This document shows positions 51,166-63,061 of a stretch of 64,000 bases of DNA, piece after piece; positions within the stretch are counted from its first letter, which is position 1; each line of letters starts with the position of its first letter. The stretch comes from Selaginella moellendorffii. Lineage: Eukaryota; Plantae; Lycopodiophyta. Below the pieces are notes generated by a model that worked only from the letters and a program-made list of their open reading frames with translations, searched no databases and was not told the DNA's origin. The translations under genes were made by a program, and so were the position numbers. The stretch lies in NCBI RefSeq assembly GCF_000143415.4, contig NW_003314297.1:1031430-1095429 (forward strand). The letters run 5' to 3'.

Positions 51166-52292
51166 TGTAAGCGACTAAATTTTCCATTCTACTTTAGTCA
51201 CTTAACCACACCTCTTACCACTTGGAGGAGTCTCATTCACAACCTCCATAAGTCCAATCCAGGACTTGGGACTTGCTAGCCCCGAGAATGGCATCCATGC
51301 CACTCAACATTTGCACTTGGTCCAAGTGCACCACGTGTCCGATCCCATGACCGACACTCAAAGGTACCACCGACATAGCAGCCCGTTGCGCTAAGGCCAT
51401 GCCCAATCACCTTTGCCCCACTAGTAGTCCAATACCACTTGCATCACAGTCTTGGCTCTCCAAGACCAGGCAAACCATCCGTGAGTGGTCATCTCAGATC
51501 CACTCCTTAGCATCCTTAGGATGCCCACCGACAAGGGGAATAGCCTTCCCCAATATCCCTCTGTCAATCCCCACTAAGTCCCTTTCTGCCCCTGGCCGTG
51601 TTTGCCGACACTGCCACTGGATCGAGGCCCATAGGCCCGACCACTAAGTCCCACGGTCCACTGGGACTTCCTCACCACACGACTGTGTCCTTGGTCACTA
51701 CCCCAGAGGACTGCTCCTCTTCCTTTCCACAGTCTGGTCCTTTGGGACAACATTTCGGAACACCGTGGCCTTACGCGAGCCACCTGGGTACTCTCCTCGC
51801 CTTCTGCCCTTGGGTGCTCTAGCCATGGGCTTAGAGCGGGTTCCGTTGAGCCACACCAGGTATCCAAGTAGGTAGTGCCACCCACACTTGGACTGGGAGC
51901 ATCGGCCAGTCGATCTCCCGGGGGAACTAGAGCCGGCTCTTGAACACTTCACCAAGCTACCCTGCTTGTCGGTCTGTGTTCACTCTAGTCTTGGACTTCC
52001 CAGTGGGCAGCTCATCACCCAACACTGGGTCCGGCCTTCCTGGGCCAAACTGGCCTTTCCTGGCCAAACTGGCTCCACTGCAGTCCTCCCCCTTACTATA
52101 CTTTTGGAGCTCACCAAACCCCCCAGGGTCTGGGAGACGAACGCTTTGGGCTTTCACCCTCTCAGGCTCCGGACTCGGACTCGGACTCGGACTCGGACTC
52201 GGACTCGGACTCGGACTCGGACTCGGACTCGGATTCGGACTCGGACTCGGCCTCGGGCTCGGTCTCGGCCTTGGCCTCGGTCTCGGTCCCGA

Positions 52293-52324
<32 letters not shown>

Positions 52325-53032
52325 CCGGTCTCGGTCTCGACTTCGGACTCCATCTCGGACTCCATCTCGGACTCCATCTCGGACTCCATCTCGGACTCCA
52401 TCTCGGGTCCATCTCGGGTCCATCTCGGACTCCATCTCGGGTCCATCTCGGACTCCATCTCGGACTCCATCTCGGGTCCATCTCGGACTCCATCTCGGGT
52501 CCATCTCGGACTCCATTTCGGGTCCATCTCGGGTCCACCTCGGACTCCATCTCGGACTCCATCTCGGACTCCATCTCGGGTCCATCTCGGACTCCACTTC
52601 GGACTCCAACTCGGGTCCATCTCGGGTCCACCTCGGACTCCACTTCGGACTCCATCTCGGGTCCATCTCGGACTCCACTTCGGACTCCAACTCGGGTCCA
52701 TCTCGGACTCCACTTCGGACTCCAACTCAGGTCCATCTCGGACTCCAACTCGGGTCCATCTCGGACTCCACTTCGGACTCCAACTCGAGTCCATCTCGGA
52801 CACTCCCACGTGTCATGTGTTGGTCCTTTTGGGTCCCTTTTTGGAGCCTCGCCTTTTGCTCGCTTCGTGCTCGTTCCTCGAGCACTTCGTTGGGAGTTCC
52901 ACTCCCGCTCTTGACTTTTCAAGTTGGAGCTTTTGGTCCAAACGTGTTACGCTCGTTTGGCTCTCGCTTCGGCCACTACCATGTGGCGCCCCTCTGGCTC
53001 CACTTTGGGGCCTAGGGATTTTGTGTCTCACA
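51166..53032 (-). repeat. 3' LTR (1867 bp)
   Basis: TGTAAGCG..TCTCACA; adjacent PPT-like ATGGGTGGTGGAGT (minus strand) at 53033-53046. Confidence 0.92.
52170..52800. repeat. Compound satellite in LTR: (GGACTC)n, (GGTCTC)n, then 12-mer (TCGGACTCCATC / TCGGGTCCATC)n
   Basis: Directly visible; second copy at 58032-58674. Confidence 0.97.
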
Positions 53033-53143
53033 ACTCCACCACCCATAGACGAAGTTCGATGTCCTCATCGAACGGTAAACCCTTTCATAAAGTAACACCC
53101 ACACGTGTTACCATTTCCATCCTTGGCACCTAGCCAATATTTG

Positions 53144-53267
53144 TCAATGGTTTGACATTGAAGGCTCACCATGCCTTTTGCATATGCTTCAATGGTTTGA
53201 CATTGAAGGCTCACCATGCCTTTTGCATATGCTTCAATGGTTTGACACCAAAGGCTCACCATGCCTT
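53144..53267. repeat. 45-bp tandem repeat, ~2.7 copies
   Basis: TCAATGGTTTGACATTGAAGGCTCACCATGCCTTTTGCATATGCT repeated. Confidence 0.85.
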
Positions 53268-54432
53268 GCCTATCCTCTAAGGAGGGTAGTCTCTCCAACT
53301 TAGAGACTGATTGGACCACATGTAGCGGTTCTCTCCTTTTATTGGTTTAGTTCTCGCTAAACCTCTTAGAGACCCTTCTCTAAGTCAATCCCGCTACTCC
53401 TTCTCGAGTAGTCTCAATTTCCATCGATATAACCTTTGCACTTTGGAACTTTGAATTTTGACTTCTTGGAGTCAATTTCCTAGGTGTCTCCGACACCTTG
53501 CCTTGCACCTTTTGTGCAACTCCACTTCCCATCCTAGGAAGTTCTCTACTCGAGGGCACCACCATCCTCTCTTCTATTTCGTGCCAAAGTTCCAGTTATC
53601 ATACTTTGTGCTAGGGCTGTTCATGGCCCTATCATTTGGCTACCTTACTGCTCCCTCCCTTGGAGCTTCCACTTTCGCCAAATCGGAGCATTTCGGAATC
53701 CCTCCTTGGAAACACACTTCCTTTCCCGCAACTTGTTAGCGTCCAACACATTAGTGTTCCTCGCCTAACTTTGTCACTTGGATTCCTTCCAAGGGATTCC
53801 ACGACCCTATCTTGGCCACTCATCTTTTGCTATGGGCTCTATCCACGGCCCAACTTCGTGACCCTCCCATGGGTCTTTTATAGAGACTACTTTCCTCGGA
53901 CTCACTATGCCATCGCACGGACATAGTTTATTTCCCTTAGGTGCTCTTCCCACTTGGTCATCACGACCAAGCCACACCACCTTAAACAGTTCAATTTCAA
54001 CATTTTGAACCAGGAACTTCATTCCTTAGCCAACCAAGGACCTTGTCCTTATCTGGCCATAAGATCACCTAGTGATCTCACCTTGGCACCTTAACAGAGT
54101 TGCCAAGAGGTACTTGGTCTTCTAGACCTCCAAGTTGTTGACTATAACCCCGGGGGCATCCCCCACACTTGGCGGTGCACCCAAGCCAGCCCTTACGGCC
54201 AAGGGTTCATAGCAACTGAGATTAGGTGTCCCCATCTCACTCACCACGACCTTGGTGCCACTTGCACCAAAGCGTTCAAGTTAGATATGCTGAGCTTTCA
54301 CACTAAGCAATCTAACCGTGCATCACGACTCCGAGGCATCCCTCGCTTGGCGGTGTGCCCAAACCAGTCTCCCCACTGAGAGTCCATGACCACCGAAATA
54401 TGAGTGTCCTCATATTCCAAACCATCACCACG

Positions 54433-54549
54433 CCCTAGTGATTTGGGACTCGAACCCAAGCACTAGAGGGTCGGGACTCGAACCCAACCTCCGTATATGC
54501 ATCTACGGACGGCATCACACAAGATGCCTGGCGTGACTCCCCACGCCGG
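54433..54549 (-). other. Cluster of five adjacent stem-loops, two with tRNA T-loop/B-box sequence
   Basis: Stems at 54530-54547, 54511-54528, 54490-54509, 54469-54489, 54435-54466; GGTTCGAGTCCC occurs twice on the minus strand. Confidence 0.65.
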
Positions 54550-57012
54550 TGCACCAACTTATTTTTAAAGCGCGCTACAGATCACAGCTTAGGAACCTAG
54601 TTCCTCCACACTGCCAAGTCCTCTCACTTGACATGTCTGTGATCATGCATGGACTCCTCCATGCTCGGCCCCATGGCCCACCCTTTTTGAAGTTATCACC
54701 TTCAACTAGGGTATTTGTTCCCCCGATGTGCCAATCTCGCTTGGCAAGTCCTCCGACCACTGTAACATGGTTCTTGCATAAGCGTGAAAGTCCTTGACCA
54801 TCGACTTTCGTTCAAAGCCCTCTCTTTGAACACTCGGGAACTACTTCCCTAACCTTGATAGCCTTGCCTCATGGCAAGCTTCAAGACCACGCTTCTGCTG
54901 CGCCACTCTGATTTCGCGCGTTCCATGAACCATTTACACTTGGCCTTTCTAGGTACTAAGCTACCTAGAATCGTCTTTGGGAACCTTGAAGGAACTCTGT
55001 CCCTCAGCTTGCTAAGGCCTCCCTTTTGCAAGCCTTCCAAATGCCACATAGTCTAACATGGACAATTCCATAACTTAGACTCTTCATGGCATCACGGTTG
55101 CTAGCGGCAACACCCTCGAGCCCCCACTTGATTCTCCACTCCCAACTGGCATAACCAACCTTGGTTATGCCCTTCGATTTCTATGGTTCAGTTCCATCCC
55201 AATACTACTTGCCTTTGGCTTCACACCTTTCCTTCGGTCATTCTCCTCCAGATCAGGAGGATAGCTTTGCACTTTCTATCATGCCTTAGCAAGTATTCTT
55301 AGGGATGAACTTACCCAATAGCCCAGGGAGTGGTTCCTCAATCCGGGTATGCTCACCTTATAATCCCACACACTGGGATTACATTGTTGCTTATGGGCCT
55401 TTACATGCCCAGCACTAGCCTTGCCAAAATTCCATTTTTGGCTTTGTCCAACTTGGGTAGACAGTCCTCTCCTGTCTCCGCAACCTTGGACATTTGGATA
55501 GCACCTTCTATCCATCATTCGCTAGGGATTTAGTCCCTTGGGCTTTATCCATTGCCCTCGCGACAACAAACACCACCTTCTGGTGTTCTAGAGTGTTTGG
55601 GTGTCCCAATGATGGCTTTCTTGACAATGAGTATTTCCTTTTATGACATTGACTTACTATATCGCAACATAAGCAACTTATCCCCCGCAAGGGTATATCC
55701 GACTTCTCTATGCTAGAAGTCTTGGGTAGCTATCTTCTACCCATTTAACCAGTTATTTTGCACCTCTTGCTTAGTTGCCTCATAGTTGTCAAGTCTTACA
55801 ACTCATTGCTTGGTGCTTTCACACCTCCATCATTATCTGGGTCACCGCACTCCAACTGCATGCTCTGCAGCTTAGGCTATGCCATTCCCATTTCCATTGG
55901 GATTCCTTTGGCAAGGGGTTCTCATGAACCCACCAACATAGCCTCAAGGTATCACACCTTGGCACATTTGGTGTCTCCACACCATCGGCTCCACGAGCCT
56001 ACCTCTATGACACTTCTTCTTTGTGCCTAAGTCTTTGCCAAGACCAATGCCACTCTTTCTCATGCCAACCATCTGTTAGCACTACACCATAGAGGTCACA
56101 CACAACTTTGTGTCAAAGTTGTTTTCTTTTTTGGGAACACCTTCCCCACGACTTTAGCATGGCACATTTTGCCATCGATGAGATACCCTCTGTTCTCATC
56201 CTTGGATCCTATGATCCCCCCCATCTTTCGTGGGGTACAACACACCTCAGTCCAAATGCTTCCATCAGTCCTTTTAGGACCATTCCTTGACTCTACTTGA
56301 GTCATCCAGCAGTTTTGGACTTGGTTAATCCACAGACCCTTAAGGTCCTACTTGTGAGGCACTAGCTCACTGGAATACACTTCTTGCATTCCTGTCCTAC
56401 TCAAAAGGACTATTTTCACAAGTGTTACTCCGACACTTGATTTTGTTCTCTGGGGGCAACTTTTGCCCCTTAGGACTACTTGTCCATGCGATGAGAATAC
56501 CACTCATCTCTAAGTACACCCCCCAACTCCTTGGGTTGTTCCAGCATTTATTAAAGGTAGCCCCGGCTACCATTTCAAGGACTTGAGTCCTCTTCCGTAT
56601 TTGACCTCCCACGGTCATTACCTCTGGTCTCACATTCATGAGCACCAACCTCAACTATATGAGGATAATCTTGTGACTCCTTTATTGTTTTGGAGTCTCT
56701 ATCTTTCCCGTGATCCCAACTCTAGTTGTTTACCACAACAACCTTAGCCAATTTGCTGAGACAAATGCTCATCCGGATCACATCCTCAACTCAATGAGGA
56801 AAACCTTGCACTGTTCCCAAGATCCCAAAGTCGTTCCATTATTGGCCCTTTTCTATCCACCACCTCGTCTACAAGTTCACACATGAACTGTAATGGAGAG
56901 CCATGTCTTCCCGACTTGCTACTCCTCAAGGATAGGCCCACTCCTCGGACCTTCCGATGCCAACACTAGTGGTGATATACTTGAGCACCAATAAAAGTCG
57001 GACTAAGGAACA

Positions 57013-57024
57013 GCTCCGATACCA
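57013..57024 (-). promoter_or_regulatory. Primer-binding site (tRNA-iMet type)
   Basis: TGGTATCGGAGC 3 nt inside the 5' LTR; canonical form is TGGTATCAGAGC. Confidence 0.9.
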
Positions 57025-57027
57025 AAT

Positions 57028-58166
57028 TGTAAGCGACTAAATTTTCCATTCTACTTTAGTCACTTAACCACACCTCTTACCACTTGGAGGAGTCTCATTC
57101 ACAACCTCCATAAGTCCAATCCAGGACTTGGGACTTGCTAGCCCCGAGAATGGCATCCATGCCACTCAACATTTGCACTTGGTCCAAGTGCACCACGTGT
57201 CCGATCCCATGACCGACACTCAAAGGTACCACCGACATAGCAGCCCGTTGCGCTAAGGCCATGCCCAATCACCTTTGCCCCACTAGTAGTCCAATACCAC
57301 TTGCATCACAGTCTTGGCTCTCCAAGACCAGGCAAACCATCCGTGAGTGGTCATCTCAGATCCACTCCTTAGCATCCTTAGGATGCCCACCGACAAGGGG
57401 AATAGCCTTCCCCAATATCCCTCTGTCAATCCCCACTAAGTCCCTTTCTGCCCCTGGCCGTGTTTGCCGACACTGCCACTGGATCGAGGCCCATAGGCCC
57501 GACCACTAAGTCCCACGGTCCACTGGGACTTCCTCACCACACGACTGTGTCCTTGGTCACTACCCCAGAGGACTGCTCCTCTTCCTTTCCACAGTCTGGT
57601 CCTTTGGGACAACATTTCGGAACACCGTGGCCTTACGCGAGCCACCTGGGTACTCTCCTCGCCTTCTGCCCTTGGGTGCTCTAGCCATGGGCTTAGAGCG
57701 GGTTCCGTTGAGCCACACCAGGTATCCAAGTAGGTAGTGCCACCCACACTTGGACTGGGAGCATCGGCCAGTCGATCTCCCGGGGGAACTAGAGCCGGCT
57801 CTTGAACACTTCACCAAGCTACCCTGCTTGTCGGTCTGTGTTCACTCTAGTCTTGGACTTCCCAGTGGGCAGCTCATCACCCAACACTGGGTCCGGCCTT
57901 CCTGGGCCAAACTGGCCTTTCCTGGCCAAACTGGCTCCACTGCAGTCCTCCCCCTTACTATACTTTTGGAGCTCACCAAACCCCCCAGGGTCTGGGAGAC
58001 GAACGCTTTGGGCTTTCACCCTCTCAGGCTCCGGACTCGGACTCGGACTCGGACTCGGACTCGGACTCGGACTCGGACTCGGACTCGGACTCGGACTCGG
58101 ACTCGGATTCGGACTCGGACTCGGCCTCGGGCTCGGTCTCGGCCTTGGCCTCGGTCTCGGTCCCGA

Positions 58167-58198
<32 letters not shown>

Positions 58199-58906
58199 CC
58201 GGTCTCGGTCTCGACTTCGGACTCCATCTCGGACTCCATCTCGGACTCCATCTCGGACTCCATCTCGGACTCCATCTCGGGTCCATCTCGGGTCCATCTC
58301 GGACTCCATCTCGGGTCCATCTCGGACTCCATCTCGGACTCCATCTCGGGTCCATCTCGGACTCCATCTCGGGTCCATCTCGGACTCCATTTCGGGTCCA
58401 TCTCGGGTCCACCTCGGACTCCATCTCGGACTCCATCTCGGACTCCATCTCGGGTCCATCTCGGACTCCACTTCGGACTCCAACTCGGGTCCATCTCGGG
58501 TCCACCTCGGACTCCACTTCGGACTCCATCTCGGGTCCATCTCGGACTCCACTTCGGACTCCAACTCGGGTCCATCTCGGACTCCACTTCGGACTCCAAC
58601 TCAGGTCCATCTCGGACTCCAACTCGGGTCCATCTCGGACTCCACTTCGGACTCCAACTCGAGTCCATCTCGGACACTCCCACGTGTCATGTGTTGGTCC
58701 TTTTGGGTCCCTTTTTGGAGCCTCGCCTTTTGCTCGCTTCGTGCTCGTTCCTCGAGCACTTCGTTGGGAGTTCCACTCCCGCTCTTGACTTTTCAAGTTG
58801 GAGCTTTTGGTCCAAACGTGTTACGCTCGTTTGGCTCTCGCTTCGGCCACTACCATGTGGCGCCCCTCTGGCTCCACTTTGGGGCCTAGGGATTTTGTGT
58901 CTCACA
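57028..58906 (-). repeat. 5' LTR (1879 bp)
   Basis: Matches 51166-53032 apart from two extra GGACTC units, as far as can be seen by eye. Confidence 0.92.
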
Positions 58907-58911
58907 GAGGA

Positions 58912-61900
58912 GGCATCGGTGGATCTGTAGGTGGTATTAACTCCTTCTGATCCCTTTGTACGAAGCGTTTCAGCCGTTGCACATACACAATCTCTGGAGG
59001 ATCAGCCTGCTGAACGTCATGCCGAACCTCATAAACTTGTGGTCCAACTTGCCACAACACCCGATACGGTCCTTTCCATTGCGCAAGAAGCCCCTTAGAT
59101 AAACCAGATACCGTAAGATGGGGAAAACGGACTAACACCAAATCATCCACTTTGTACTCCACAGGTGGACGATGATAGGAGTTGTAACCCTGTTGTTGTC
59201 CCACTTGTATGTGGCCTAAGTGTTCGGCAGACTTTGCTTGGACAAGTGGAAGAATGCTCGTCAAATACTAATCCCATGATCTAGCATCGGTAGCTCGTGG
59301 CAATTGCGAAGGTAAACCCAGCTCTGTTGGTAATATTGGATCATGACCATATAGGAGTTTATATGGTGAAGCACCAACAGAACTCTGCACCCCTATAACA
59401 TATGCATACCGAAGAGACGACAAATAACCATCCCAATCCGAATGCTGAAAGTTCACATACTTCGCAATCATCCTTTTGAATGTCCGAACAAGCCGTTCCA
59501 CCAGACCGTCTGATTGTGGATGATAAGCACTTGTGAAAGTGTGGCATATCCCCAATCGAGACGTCAAAACATGAAATGCCTCAGCCATAAATGCGGGACC
59601 ATTATCCGAAAGAATCTGCTCTAGACAAGAATGCTAGAACACCACTCGATTGAGGAGGAACTATCCAACAGCAGTTGCAGAGGCGCTAGCAAGAGCACCA
59701 ACTTCCACCCAATGAGTCATGTAGTCAGAAGCAATAATAACATACTTATTGCCAGCAATCGACCGTGGAAAGGTCCCATAAGATCAAACGCCACTAACTT
59801 AAACGGATGGGAAACTGCAATTGACTCCAACCGTCCTTCTGCAGCACGAGGGGGAGTATTACGAGCTTGGCACCAAACGTAGTTACACACATACCGGATA
59901 ATATCACGTCGCATCTCCGGCCAATAGAAAGACTTGCGCAGCTTCTTGGTGACACGACGGTGTCCCATATGCCCACTTAGAATAGGAGAATCATGGTAGG
60001 CATGATGAAACTACGGAATAAACACCGAAGGCACCACCAGCCGTAAATGATCATCAGGATCCATCCCCACAAAATAAAGAAGGCCATCTTCAAGGCGATA
60101 TTGAGAATGTAAATGCCGGAAAGGCAATTCATCAACAAGTGATGCAAGATTCTCAAACCCATCTTGAAGCCTTTAAATCCACGGCTCAGTCTTTTGAGCC
60201 TCGCGAACCTCATCAAGAAAAGGTAAATCTTGCTCTGTGCCTTGTGGACACTCAAGGACAGCAACCGCCGACGGCATAGAATCCTCATCTAGAAAATCCA
60301 TAGATGTTGGAACAACAAGTTCGTCAGAAACATGAGAAGTGAGTGGAGAAGGAAGAGGAGCTCGAAAAAGGGCATCAGCATCAGCCATAGAATTCTCTGG
60401 GCGATGAATAACATCGAAATCATATATCTGAAGCTTCAAAGCCCATCGAGCCGTACGACCAACCAGGTTTTTCCGCTTCAATAATGAAGTAATAGCAGCA
60501 TGGTCACCTTCAAGTAACGTCTAAGAACCATGTAGATATGTATGAAGTTTCTTGAAACCCCAGACTACTGCTAAACACTCCTTCTCCATTGTGGAGTAGT
60601 TCATCTCCGCTGGTTGTAATGTACAACTTATGTATGCAATGGGATGGTGCTGACTAGGCACATTCGAGCTCTCTTGCATCAACACACCTCCAAGACCAAT
60701 CCACGTGCAAAATAAAAGGTCGAGTGTAGTCAGGATATGCCAAAACCAGAGGAGTTGTCAATAGCTCTTTGAGATCCATGAACGCCCGCTCACAATCCGG
60801 AGACCAAATGAAAGATGACATTGATGACTTCAGCAACGCTCGCAATGGTGTAGTGCGATCGGAAAGATAATCCACAAAACGACCGAGATACTACACCTTT
60901 CCCAAAAAGCGCTGCACATCATTCACACACTTTGGAGTAGGGAACTTTAGAACAGCCACAAGTTTGTCAGGATCAACTTGCAAACCCTCACGAGAAATAC
61001 AGTACCCAAGATAAGTTGTGTCCTTGGACCCAAACACACACTTTGACCGCTTCAGCTTTAAACTAATGTCGCGTAGTCGATCCAACACTTTACAAACATC
61101 ACGAACGTGCTTCTCCCACGTCCCCTCCGAGTGGATCAAGACATCATCAATGAAGTCAGCAGTCACCTCCGGCATATTGCAAAGAACCTCGTCCATCATC
61201 CGCTGGAAAGTTGCTGGAGCATTGTTTAAACCAAATGGCATCACCAAGAATTCGTACAAACCAAATGGTGTACAAAAAGCAGTCTTAGGAATATCTTCCT
61301 CGGCCATCGATACTTGCCAATACCCAGAAGCAAGATCTAGCTTGGTGAACTAACGACTTCGCCCCAGACGATCCAAGAGATCAGCAATGTGAGGAAGAGG
61401 ATACACATCTGGGATCATCACTTCGTTTAATGGACGATAGTCGATGCAAAAACGAATACTCCCATCAGGCTTCATCACAAGATGAGGTTCACATGCCTAA
61501 AGACTCCGTGACTTCTGAATAACACCCTTCTCCAACATTTCCTTGATGTTTGCTTGTAAAATCTTGATCTCCTTAGGTGACCGACGACGAACAGGAACCT
61601 TGATTGGACGAGCATCCCCGGTTGGAATCGGATGACGTGTAGCAATCTTGGCCCCAGACGATAGGTCAAATTCAAAGAGATCAGAATACTCCTTCATGAG
61701 CCGGTCAATTGCTGCAACACAAAGATCGTCGAAGGGATCGGAAAAGGGAAAAGCAGAACAAGATGGAAACACAGAAGGAAAGAGTGGGGGAACAAAAGTA
61801 ATGGAAGTAGAGGTAGAAGTAGAGGGACGAAAAGGTATGGAAGTGAGAGGAATGGATGAAACATAAGGAAGTATGAAACAAGGGGGAAAAGCTTCAAAGT

Positions 61901-62400
61901 CAAATTTGGCATGTTTGCATTGCAACCAATCTATACAAAAAATGAGGTCAAAAGCTAGACTCGGCACCACCCGCAACGGCTGCAACTCAAGCTCGAGATC
62001 GCCCACACGCACAACAAGGTCCATCTCATCCTGTGCACATGCATGTGTACGGCCGTTGCCATAAAGAATGAAAACTGGTTCTGCTGCACGACGCAAGTGT
62101 AGACGACAACAAGTGGCAACAGGTCGAGCAATAGAAAATAAACTCGAACTTGTATCAACCAACACGGAGAAAATAATAGGAGACCTCTTGTTATAAAAAT
62201 GAGCTTGGAAAGTAAATACTGGATGAACCGGTGCCGAGTGAACCCCTTGATGATACTCCCGAAAGAAAGATGGAGGGGTCACTGATTTATTCGCGCAAGG
62301 TCCCTCCGTTACTCGCGCGACTCCTCGTTTCCCGGATGCATCTCGGTGTCTTGACCTTCCACTGCAGCAACACCCACGAGACGTTGCTGACACCAAGGTC
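58912..62400 (-). pseudogene. Gypsy pol (protease-RT-RNase H-integrase), multiple stops and frameshifts
   Basis: VLVDTSSS; KTAFCTPFGLYEFLVMPFGLNNAPATFQRMMD..FIDDVLI; VLAYPDYTRPFILHVD; FYWPEMRRDI..C; TSAYHPQSDGLVER; WKGPYRV. Confidence 0.92.
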
Positions 62401-62419
62401 TCCACCCAGGAAATGGAGG

Positions 62420-63061
62420 TCACCAATCCGGAAAACGACGGCAACGCCGATAAGTATAACCAACTTCATCACACGCCCAGCAGTGAACATCACAGCCACA
62501 ACCACGTCCTCGCACTTGTCCTTGGACTCGAGTAGCAACAGCATCAACCTCCATTGGAACAGGACCATCACCCATAGGAAGTGGAGCGGAAGGACGTGCA
62601 GCGAAAAGTGGAAGAGGTGACGTCTCATAACGTTGTGCCAAGCGAAGAGCATTATTAAGGGTGGCAGGAGCAAGTGCATGCACAAGTCCGACAAAATCTT
62701 GACGAAGTGCTGGCCACAACATTCCTAGCTTGATCCGCTCCGATATATTTGGCTCCGCACGAAGCAAAAGACTTCGGAAACGAATGCCAAATTGCATCAC
62801 CGACTCAGATGGCTTTTGGGAAAGACGATACAATTGTTGGAAAGCATCATCACAATCATCAGCATGTCCGAAGGCGCGTTTGAAGACGTCTAGGAGAACA
62901 CTCCAATCCCCATGAGTGGTTGCACTCAAACCATTGTACCACTGCAACGCTGTCCTTTGGAGACACGTGGGAAACTCACGAAACCGTCAAGCATCATCCC
63001 AAGAATGATATATGGCAATCACCGTGAAGTGATCGAATCAATGGTACACATCATCCCCAGG
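62420..63061 (-). pseudogene. Gypsy gag with degenerate zinc knuckle
   Basis: QWYNGL..DWSVLLDVFKRAFG..LSQKPSESV..F..RF; PVPMEVDA; CWACDEVGYTYRRC. Confidence 0.85.

Larger units (their letters stand above)
51166..58906 (-). mobile_element. Young non-autonomous LTR element (LARD-like), 7741 bp
   Basis: LTRs 51166-53032 and 57028-58906 (TG..CA); perfect 5-bp TSD GAGGA (51161-51165, 58907-58911); PBS and PPT present; internal 4 kb has no long ORF. Confidence 0.92.
50910..63061 (-). mobile_element. Decayed Ty3/gypsy LTR retrotransposon (host of nested insertions); 3' LTR 50910..51084
   Basis: gag, protease, RT, RNase H, integrase order on the minus strand; PPT GAGAGGAGGGGA (51088-51099) next to a 175-bp TGTGAG..CTCACA LTR; 5' end interrupted at 63062. 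Confidence 0.85.

Noticed and set aside
51888-53095. Long ORFs in all six frames (RTRTRT, GLGLGL, SESESE, SR-like) here and at 57750-58930
   Set aside because: They arise from stop-free satellite DNA inside LTRs and are not proteins.
54433-54549. A functional tRNA gene
   Set aside because: No acceptor stem or A-box/D-loop consensus and an 8-nt loop in the anticodon-like arm; kept only as a structured-element finding.
53033-57027. gag-pol in the nested element
   Set aside because: No RT, RNase H or integrase motif is recognisable and all ORFs are under ~95 aa; at most very old remnants.
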